64,000 bases of DNA from Nitrospirota bacterium (GTDB taxonomy: Bacteria; Nitrospirota; UBA9217), in the NCBI GenBank assembly GCA_963754875.1, contig CAVWHO010000020.1, positions 1 through 64,000 on the forward strand, read 5' to 3'. This document shows, one piece after another, positions 51,020 to 60,300 of the stretch. The notes beneath the pieces were generated by a model that made no database searches, was not told where the DNA came from, and was given only the letters and a program-made list of their open reading frames with translations. Position 1 is the first letter of the stretch, and each line of letters opens with the position of its first letter. The position numbers and the translations under genes were made by a program.

Positions 51020-51763
51020 ATGGAGGCGAACGGGATAAGGAACCGGGAGATGCAGACAAAGAATGCAGAGCCGTCAAAGCAATCGAACTTCCGAAGACGG
51101 GCCGGCCAATCGGCCCTGATGATCGTGCTCGCGGTTTTATCGGGGTGCGCTACCGGCGGCATGGTCAAACCGCAGCCCGGTGCAGACCGGGAAGTATCCG
51201 TGGCCTGGCTCGCAGACGGCAGGCAAGGGTTCGTCATCCGGGAAAACCCGGGTCTCGATGCCGAGTCGCGCGCCGAATTCGAGCGAGCCGTCGCCCTGAT
51301 GAACGACGGCAAGAACGACGAGGCCATCGAACTTCTGACAAAGGTGATCGGCCGCTCACCGGGAGTCACGGCGCCGTATATCGATCTTGCGGAGGCCTAT
51401 ATTCGGATCAACAAGCCGGGGCCGGCGGAGCAGGACCTCAAAACCGCCCTGGGACTGGTCCCCGAGCACCCGGTGGCCAGTAATGAATACGGCTTGCTGC
51501 TTCGCAAGAGCGGCCGTTTCAAGGAGGCACGGGAGATCTATGAGAAGGCGATCGCGAGCTTTCCCGGACTATCTTCCTGATCCGCAGAAATCTCGGGATC
51601 CTCTGCGATCTCTATCTCAATGACCCGGCATGCGCTCTCAAACAATTCGAGATCTACAGCGAGGAGATGCCCGCGGACGCGCAGGTCAAAATCTGGATTG
51701 CCGAGCTGCATATGCGGCGGCTGCAAGCGTTCAAAGGAAACTCCAAGGAGGAGGATCGTATAA
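51020..51763 (+). CDS. TPR lipoprotein (GltE-like), with apparent indels near 51563-51580
   Basis: Lipobox LSGC; TPRs; after two 1-nt corrections continues FPDYLPIRRNLGILCDLYLNDP...VKIWIAEL; end approximate. Confidence 0.7.
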
Positions 51764-52141
51764 GGTTTCGAACGAAATCTATTGACTCTGGCTGTGATCT
51801 GTTTCTGGCGCTCGCCGCGTGCACTGTTGGTCAGGATTGCCGGGGCCGAAGGAGGACGAATCGAAAACCACAGTTCGGACGTGTCAGATGCCGGACGATC
51901 AGCACGGTGCGGAAGGCATAAGGCTCGACGGACAAGGCACCGGCCGCCAAAGAACTTTCGGGCATGTCCATCGTCGGCAACGATGAAGCCCCCAAATCCC
52001 TGTATATCGTGCCCTGGAAAAAGCTCTGAAGTCGGTGCGGAGACAGGTTTGAACATGATGTTGACCGAACGTGCGGTGCCGGTGGATCGAGATGTGTTTA
52101 TGCGGCAATTGGACTTTTACGAGATCAGCACCAAAAAATAA
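51760..52141 (+). CDS. Small secreted GltF-like protein, garbled by indels
   Basis: AAGGAGGAGG RBS; KELSGMSIVGNDEAPKSLYIVPWK then, after an extra A, SSEVG...PVDRDVFMRQLDFYEI; start approximate. Confidence 0.6.
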
Positions 52142-52178
52142 CTTCATTATCTCGTTACTGAAAAAGGAGGAACCAAAG

Positions 52179-52833
52179 ATGGGATTCTCCAATACAATAA
52201 TACAGGTTTTTCCAGATGGGCGGGTTCTTCATGTTCCCTATTCTGCTCACGCTGGCGGTCGGTCTCGCCATTGCGTTTGAACGCTGGGTCCACTTGAACC
52301 GCGTCCGGGACGCAAACCAAAAGATGTGGGACGAGGTGCATCCGGCGCTGGCTAAGGGAGAGTTCGATAAGGCCCGGGAAATGGCCAACAAGGACAAATC
52401 CAGCATGGCGCAGATGCTGGGGATGGGATTGGCGCGCCAGGGGGCGGTCAGGCGGCGGGAAGACATAGAAATCGCCATGGAAGAGAGCATGATGGAGATC
52501 ATTCCTCAATTGGAAAAGCGCACGCCGTACCTGGCGCTGTTCTCGAATATCGCCACCCTGTTCGGGCTGCTCGGCACCATCATGGGTCTTATCCAGGCCT
52601 TCGCCGCGGTCGCCACGGCGAGCCCCGCCGAAAAGGCCGCCCTGCTCGCGGCCAGCATTTCGGAGGCCATGAACTGCACCGCCTTCGGTCTGATGTCCGC
52701 GATCCCGCTTCTCCTGCTCCATGCCCGCCTGACAACGACCACGGGCCAGATCGTGAACAGCCTGGAGATGGCATCGGTAAAGGCGCTCAATACGATCTCC
52801 ACTTTTACCAAGCACCAATTTGACAGGAGCTGA
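52179..52833 (+). CDS. MotA/TolQ/ExbB family proton channel (AglR-like)
   Basis: GGFFMFPI, LEKRTPYL, ATLFGLLGTIMGLIQAF, ISEAMNCTAFGL; RBS AAGGAGG; one indel near 52206. Confidence 0.9.
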
Positions 52834-52835
52834 TC

Positions 52836-53348
52836 ATGGCCAGACGATATCGTTACAAAAGGAGAAAGGAAGAATCGCTCGATACGGATATCATGCACGC
52901 TCCTGAACCTGACGCCGATGATGGATATTCTGACCGTTCTGGTGGTCTTTCTGCTCATCACTGCCGTCTTTACGAGTATTACGGTCATGGAATTGAGCGT
53001 CCCGACCAGCGCCGGCGAAGCCGGTTCGCGCAAGCCGAATTTCGCCATCGAGGTGATCGTCCGCAAGGCAGGACTGGAAATCGCCAACGGGTCGTCCGTG
53101 GAGGCCGCGATTCCGAAAAAGGACGGCCAGTACGATATCGAGCAGCTGTCCAAACTGCTCGTTGCGCCTGAAAGACACAATATCCGGAGAAGGAAGACGC
53201 GACGATCCTGATGGAGCCGAAGATCGAATACGACTATCTGATCCAGGTCATGGATGCGGTCCGCAGCGCCGACGTGCGGGCGGAAGGGAGCAAAGAGATC
53301 AGGAAAATCGTTCTCTTTCCGAAGATATCCATAGGAGACGCGCCATGA
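52836..53348 (+). CDS. ExbD/TolR family protein 1 (AglQ-like), with indels
   Basis: NLTPMMDILTVLVVFLL TM with conserved Asp; C-terminal IEYDYLIQVMDAVR...LFPKISIG in another frame. Confidence 0.8.
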
Positions 53349-53848
53349 GAGACAGCAGACGTATGAAACGCATGGAGCGTAACAACAGGAAAGGCGATGT
53401 ACAGGCCTCGGTCTGAACCTGATACCGATGATGGATGTTCTTTCCGTGCTGGTGTTCTTTCTGCTTTTTCACTCATTCAACGGCGACCATGCCGGAACGC
53501 GCAGATCACGCTGCCCGATTCCGTCGTCGAGACCAAGCCGCGGGAAACCGTGGCGATCGTGGTCACCCCCGAAACGGTAATGGTCCAGGGCGAAGCCGTG
53601 GTCAGCACCGCCAACCTTTTCGATGACCGCATCGGACATCGTGTCATGAAGTAACAGAGCGGCTGGAACAGCTTCAACGCGCTTATCGATACGGCGCCAA
53701 CAGGGCCGACGGAAAGCAGGGAAATCACGCTCCTTGCCGATAAAACGATTCCGTTCAAGGTGCTTAAAAAAATAATGTCGACCTGCACGGCTTCTGGATA
53801 CGGAAGGATTTCCCTCGCCGTCATCCAGAAGGCCGAACGAAAAGATAG
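53345..53848 (+). CDS. ExbD/TolR family protein 2 (AglS-like), with indels
   Basis: NLIPMMDVLSVLVFFLL; ITLPDS; ADKTIPFKVLKKIMSTCTASGYGRISLAV across frames; ATGA overlap. Confidence 0.78.
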
Positions 53849-53857
53849 CGGGGATGC

Positions 53858-55235
53858 TGTGAATACATCCATTGTTAGAACAGGAATTGGCGCAGCTGAA
53901 CGCGCAGATCGAGCAAACTCCGGCGAAAGCAAGGAGTGCTCGAAGGCGAGATGCGCGCCGTCGAGGCAGAGCTGGAAACGTTTTCCGCCGACACGGCAGC
54001 GGTTCGATGCCTTGCGGGACGTCTGCACCGCCCTCGACAAACTGGAGCGAACTGAAAGCGGATGAACTCTTTTGGGAAGGCATTGCGGAGGCCCAGCATG
54101 CCGCCGGACACCTGGAACAGGCGAGGAGACGGCTCGCCCGCTTCGAGGGGGAGATACGCGGAATCCTGGAAAAACAGGCAGCTCTCAAGGAGCAGATCAA
54201 CCGGAGCCTGCGATGAACTGAACTTCCTGAACGAAGAGATACGCGATGCGTACGCACGTGAGGAACGGCGCCAGGAGGAGTACGTCGTCGAGCGGGAGAT
54301 TTCGCCCGTTCCTGACCACGTCATGGTCATGCCGTGGTCCAGGGACGCGGAGAGCGAACAACGCTTCCGCCGGGCACTGCTGGTCGCTCTGTCATTCTGC
54401 CTCTTCTTCAGCGTGCTGGTCCGCCTTTGGATACTGCCCGCGCCGGTCCGCCCGGCCGTGGCCGTGGTTCCGGAACGCCTGGTCTCTATGCTGAGAAGAG
54501 AGCGGCCCAGGCCCGAGCCGCAGCGGCCCAAGGAAGAAAAGAAGCCGGACCAGGAAAAGGCGAAAGCGAAGGAAGATCGGCCCAAACCGACCGCCGCGGA
54601 AACGCAGGCCGCGCGTAAAAAAGCGGAGAGCACGGGGGTCCTCGCCTTCAAGGACGCCTTTAAAGATCTGATGAACGAAACACCCGTTGCGCAGCTCGGC
54701 GCCGAGGCGCGCCTGAGCAGGCAGTCGGCCGAGGCGGCGGGCCAGGCCCGGTCCAACCGGTCGATCATCGCCATGGAGTCAACGGGCGGCACCAACGGCA
54801 GCATCGCCAACGCGGCAGTCAGCCGCAACGTCGGCAGGGGCAGCGGCAATCGTCTCGGGGGTGTGGGCTTTACCAGGGTGGAAAGCAAGGTTGCGGGGCT
54901 GACGGAGCGGGCGAGACCGCTCAGTTCCGGACCCGGACCTGCCCGGACCGACGAAGAGATCCAGATCGTCTTCGACCGGTACAAGGCGACGCTCTACCGG
55001 ATCTACAATACCGAATTACGCAAGGACCCGACCCTGCGCGGCAAGATCATACTGCGCATCACCATCGAGCCGGACGGCGAAGTCTCCGCATGTACGGTGC
55101 AGTCGAACGATCTGGCTTCGCCGGAGTTGGTGGCGAAGATTGTGGAGCGAGTCAAGAAGTTCAACTTCGGACCGAAGGAGAAGGTTTCCAGGATCACCAT
55201 TCTGTATCCCGATCGATTTCCTGCCCGGAGGCTAG
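53858..55235 (+). CDS. GltG-like protein: coiled coil, TM, Pro/Lys/Glu-rich spacer, AgmX/PglI (TonB-C-like) C-terminal domain; indels
   Basis: ARTDEEIQIVFDRYKATLYRIYNTELRKDPTLRGKIILRITIEPDGEV...FNFG...TILYP(IDFLP after 1-nt correction). Confidence 0.8.
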
Positions 55236-55416
55236 TGCCTGAGGCCGGAGACTGGAGCCGGTAGATTACGCTCAAATCACCTTCTGCAGGCAGGAGAAAA
55301 AACTGAGGATACTCGGAGAGGGGTGATCTGGAATAAGACCAAGTGAAGGACGACAGTATTCCTAAGAGTAGTAATACGATGCATTGCATGCATCGAAATC
55401 CATGGGAGGAATCGCT

Positions 55417-55974
55417 ATGAACAAGATGAACAGGAAGAGAGTATGGCAGTTAATGATTGTACTAGGTATTGGGATGCTCGCTTTATGGGGGTGTCCAAAG
55501 AAGGCCGAGGTTTCAGCTGTACCGGAAACACAAAGGGAAGAGGCGCCGGCTGTAGTGGCGGCTCAACCCGAGCAGAAGACGGAACCAGCGAAGGCCGAAG
55601 CAATAGAAACCAAGGAACAGGCAGCCGCTGCCCCGGTCAAGGGGCTGCAGTCCGTGTATTTCGATTTCGATCAATCTTCTATCCGTGGTGATGCGAGCGA
55701 GGCCCTGAAGGCGAATGCGGAATGGCTTAAAGCCCATCCGCAGTCTAACATCAAGATCGAGGGAAATTGCGACGAACGAGGGACAAAAGAATATAACCAG
55801 GCTCTCGGACAGCGGCGTGCGGCAAACGCCAAAAAATACCTTGCCAATTTGGGCATTTCCGAGCGTCGTATTTCGCTTGTCAGCTACGGAAAAGAAAAAC
55901 CGGGTTGTACCGAAAGTACAGAAAGCTGCTGGCAGATGAACAGAAGAGATGAATTTATCGTTATGTCCGAATAA
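55417..55974 (+). CDS. pal: Peptidoglycan-associated lipoprotein
   Basis: Lipobox LWGC; VYFDFDQS, IEGNCDERGTKEYNQALGQRRA, SYGKEKP, NRR. Confidence 0.92.
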   Translation: MNKMNRKRVWQLMIVLGIGMLALWGCPKKAEVSAVPETQREEAPAVVAAQPEQKTEPAKAEAIETKEQAAAAPVKGLQSVYFDFDQSSIRGDASEALKANAEWLKAHPQSNIKIEGNCDERGTKEYNQALGQRRAANAKKYLANLGISERRISLVSYGKEKPGCTESTESCWQMNRRDEFIVMSE

Positions 55975-55986
55975 ATGTCCGGAATA

Positions 55987-56076
55987 TTGAAGCTCCCCGG
56001 AGCAAGCTCCGGGGAATCATCGATTCATAAGTAGGAACATGTCGTATTCGCTCACTACGCTTACTCGGGGATTCAA
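55987..56076. repeat. REP/MITE-like element with hairpin
   Basis: TTGAA...TTCAA ends; TCCCCGGAGC-AA-GCTCCGGGGA hairpin at 55994-56015. Confidence 0.55.
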
Positions 56077-56152
56077 GATACACCCGTCATCTGAGTGAGA
56101 AAGTTGAGCGCGCAGAGAAACAGTATAATAGCTGTTTATATAGTAATGCCAG

Positions 56153-56192
56153 GGTGCCGAGGGTTGCCATTCCCTCGGCACCTGCTTCTTTT
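56153..56192 (+). terminator. Probable terminator
   Basis: GGTGCCGAGGG...CCCTCGGCACC 11-bp stem then TGCTTCTTTT. Confidence 0.6.
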
Positions 56193-56671
56193 ATTCAACC
56201 GGTGCTTGGGTCCTGTCCCTTGAAAACCCTGACGATGTCCTGATATTACTCCGATCTTAATTTTCCTTATGCGTGAGATATGACGACGGATGGTAATTAA
56301 TTGGCGCAGTTGTAATCCTCTGTTGTCTTAAGCGGAGAAGAGTTTTTACTTACTCATACATATATAGGAACGTTTGCGGGGAGAAATGTTTTAAAAGTAA
56401 GCAATTGAATTATGAAAATATATTGGGGGGAGAGCATGAGAATCGAACTTCTATTCCCCATAATTTATCCATGAGTTATAGGCCTATACGGCCGAGGCTC
56501 AGTCTCGTATTACCGCAAAATGAGTTAAAGCTATTCTGCTCAATACAATGTATTATGTCTCTATCCCCGGGAGAAGCGTAGATTCAGAAGGTTCCGAATT
56601 CACCCCTCTCTTCGAGAAGTTTCAAGGACAGACATCGTCGGAAACGATATTGATACGAGGAGGAAACAGTA

Positions 56672-57076
56672 ATGGTGGAAAAGAATGCAGCAGGAAAAAA
56701 CATTGCGTCCTATTGTGGGAAGTGCAAAGTGAGTCGCGACCATACGATCATGACGATGGTTGGAGAAGCGGTCGATAAGGTGAGATGCCAGGACTGCGGC
56801 AGTATGCATAAGTACAGTGACCCGCTTGTTGTTCAAAAAGTCCGGAAGCCGAGAGCGAAAAAAAGCGTTGAAGAAACAGCGGAGATTGTCTGGCAGGCCG
56901 GTCTTGCAGAGGCAAAAGGAAAAGAGCGCGATTACAGCATGGCCTCGAAATATTGCATAGGCGACATTGTCAATCACCAAAAGTTCGGCAAGGGCGTTGT
57001 AATGAAGCTCTATGCCAATAAATGCGATATGCTGTTTAAGGACAGGGAACGGCTGATGGTCTCGACCAATGAATAA
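56672..57076 (+). CDS. Hypothetical protein: zinc ribbon + small SH3/Tudor-like domain
   Basis: CGKC...H...CQDCGSMH; YCIGDIVNHQKFGKGVV; GAGGAGG RBS. Confidence 0.8.
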   Translation: MVEKNAAGKNIASYCGKCKVSRDHTIMTMVGEAVDKVRCQDCGSMHKYSDPLVVQKVRKPRAKKSVEETAEIVWQAGLAEAKGKERDYSMASKYCIGDIVNHQKFGKGVVMKLYANKCDMLFKDRERLMVSTNE

Positions 57077-57397
57077 ACGGACCTCTCACTTATCTACGTA
57101 AATCAGAGGGTCTTTTCTTGATGCCTTGACGTGTCCAAATTTTCATCTCTTCACTCCTGCCCTTGTTGTCGTTTTTCAGCGTACCTCTCTGCATGCTGGC
57201 ATTTGCTCTTATAACGGCCTGATAATCAGTCCTGATATACTACTACTAACCCGGACAAGCCGGAATAAAGAGTCATTAATCACAGTCCCGCGCAGACGCG
57301 GGAACACGGAGAAAAAGCAAGCACTTGTTTTATCTGTGTGTATTGACAAAGTCAAGACCCGTGGTTTCAAAGGTTTGTATCTTAAGGAGCGTATTCA

Positions 57398-60300
57398 TTG
57401 AAGTTGAGCAACAAGACCATCCTCGGGAACCTGCCTACTGTGCTGGCGCGTCTACAAGGAAACGATCTGAAAACAAAGTGCGCCGTCTACGAGCCGCCGC
57501 TGCGATCGGAATTGTTCAGCAGCGACCAGATGGAGCAGCATGGCAAGACCCTGGCGGGTCTGCACAAGCTCTCCCCTGGGCATGCTCCTGATCGGCTTTT
57601 GGCGCGGTTGGCTGAGAATGAAGCCATCCTGACCGGGACCCGCGGTCTGCTGGTAGAGGCCGTCGAGACGGACAGCAGGATTACGCCGGCGGCTGAATGG
57701 CTGCTCGATAACTTCTATCTGATAGAAGAACAGATCCGCGCGGCAAGGAGACACTTGCCGAAGGGTTACAGCCGGGAGCTGCCCCGCCTGCAAGGTGGAC
57801 CATCTGCCGGGCTTCCGCGCGTGTATGACATCGCCCTGGAGACGATCTCGCACGGCGACGGGCGGGTGGACCCGGAAAGTCTCAGCAGTTTTCTTGCGGC
57901 CTACCAGACAGTCACCGTCCTGAAGCTTGGGGAATTGTGGGCAATCCCGATCATGCTGCGCCTGGCGTTGATCGAGAATCTCCGGCGCGTCGGCGCCCGG
58001 ATCGCTATTGACAGGATGGACCGGGACCTGGCCGGCTATTGGGCGGACCGGATCACCGAGATTGCTGCTCAGGACCCGAAGAGCCTGATCCTGGTCATTG
58101 CGGACATGGCACGCTCAAACCCGCCGCTCAAGAGCGCGTTTGTTGCGGAATTTGCCCGCAGGCTTCAAGGACAGGGTCCTGCCCTGGCAATGCCGCTCAC
58201 CTGGATCGAGCAGCACCTATCCGAGTGCAGCATGACGATCGATCAGATGGTTCAGTCGGAGAACCAGCAGCAAGCGGCTGATCAGGTGTCGATGAGCAAC
58301 AGCATCGGCAGCCTTCGTTTTCTGGCTGTGATGGACTGGCGCGAGTTCGTCGAGACGATGAGCGTTGTCGAGCAGACCTTGCATGGAGACCCTCGCGGCA
58401 CCTACGGCAAAATGGATTTCTCTACTCGTGACCGCTACCGTCACGTGGTGGAAAAGATTGCTCGGAGCGGCCGGCTGTCGGAAAGGGAGGTGGCAGTCAA
58501 AGCAATAAGGCTTGCGCGCGAGAGCACAGCCCATGGAGACGACTCTCAAGGTAAAGACGAGCGCACGGCCCATGTAGGCTACTACCTCATAGACAAGGGA
58601 CTGACGCAGCTTGAACGCCTGGCAGGTGCCCGCACATCTGTCACCGAGTCCCTTCGAAAGGCGAGCAGCCGGTTTCCTTTGTTCCTTTATCTGGGCGCGA
58701 TTATTCTGTTCACGACTATTTTTTTCTACGGCTTGGTGGCAAAGGCTCATGGTTCCGACTTGGAACCCTGGCTCCTTCTGGTAACGGGTATCCTTTCATT
58801 GATCTGCGCGAGTCATCTGGCAATTGCCGTGGTGAACTGGCTTGCTACCTTGCTCGTAGCGCCTCATTCGCTGCCGAGAATGGACTTCTCAAAGGGCATT
58901 CCGCCTGAATCGCGGACCCTGGCCATCGTCCCTACCATGCTTACCAGCACCCAAGGGATCGAAGACCTGATCGAGGCGTTGGAAGTGAGGTTCCTGGCAA
59001 ATCGTGACAATAACCTGCACTTCGGACTGCTGACTGATTTTCAGGACGCGGCAGAGGAAATGCTGTTGTCGGACGAACCGCTGTTACTTCTCGTCCGAGA
59101 GAAAATCGAAGAGCTGAATGAAAAGTATGGGGATGCAAACAGCGACAGGTTCTTCCTCTTTCACCGCCCGCGCCGATGGAACCCCAACGAGTGCGTCTGG
59201 ATGGGTTACGAGCGTAAGCGGGGAAAACTTGCAGAATTGAATTTTTTCTTGCGCAGCATAACAGATACTGATGAGATCATAAATACTCCCCCCTCACCCT
59301 CGCCCTCTCCCGCGAGGGGAGAGGGTTGTACTATTTCCCCTCCCTTGATGGGAGGGGATAAAGGGGAGGGTGTTGGTATCTCCGCGAATGGCTTCTCCCT
59401 CGTCGTGGGCAATATTGCTGCGTTGTCGAACGTACAGTACGTGATCACTCTTGACACGGATACCCAACTGCCGCGCGATTCGGCAAGGCAGCTTGTGGGA
59501 GCAATGGCGCATCCACTGAACCGTGCGCTTTACGACGAAAGCCAACAGCGCGTTGTTGCCGGGTACGGCATCCTTCAGCCGCGGGTTGCCGTAAGCCTGC
59601 CGGGAACAAACCGGTCGCGGTATGCCCGCATGGAGGGGAGCAATCCGGGCATCGATCCTTATACGCGCGCTGTCTCCGATGTCTACCAGGACCTTTTCCA
59701 TGAGGGTTCCTTTATCGGGAAGGGGATCTACGAAGTCGACGCCTTCGAGCGGGCGCTCTGCGGACAATTTCCGGAGAACCGGATCCTGAGCCACGATCTT
59801 ATCGAAGGGTGTTACGCCCGGGCCGGACTGTTGAGTGACGTCATGGTGTATGAGGAATATCCTTCCCGCTACAGCGCGGACGTGAGCCGCCGGCACCGGT
59901 GGATCCGCGGGGATTGGCAGCTTCTGCCGTGGCTGCGGCCGAATATCCCTGGTTCCGGGCCCGGTCTTGCAAAACAACGCCAAAAGAACCCCCTCTCGCT
60001 CCTGTCCCAGTGGAAGCTCTTCGACAACCTTCGGCGCAGTCTCGTGCCGTCGGCATTGACGGTCCTTTTCGTGCTCGGTTGGACGGTTTTATCATCGGCA
60101 TGGTTCTGGACCCTGTCGATACTCGGGATTATTCTGATACCTTCTTTGATCTCTTCTCTCCTCGATCTGCTTCGAAAACCAGAGGATGTGCTTCTTGGGC
60201 AGCATCTCGCTGCTACGGGGCGAGCTATCGGCAGGCGCTTTGCTCGGGATGTGTTTACGCTTGTGTGCCTTCCCTACGAGGCTTTTTTCAGTCTCGATGC

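Noticed and set aside
42796..51077. Long antisense ORFs (840, 615 and 770 aa; likewise 13737-15743, 37670-39154, 62492-63928)
   Set aside because: Shadows of GC-biased codon usage in well-supported opposite-strand genes; no motifs
52179..55974. Canonical tol-pal operon
   Set aside because: Two ExbD/TolR genes, no TolB propeller or YbgC, and an AgmX/PglI-type C-terminal domain with TPR partners point to an Agl-Glt-like cluster
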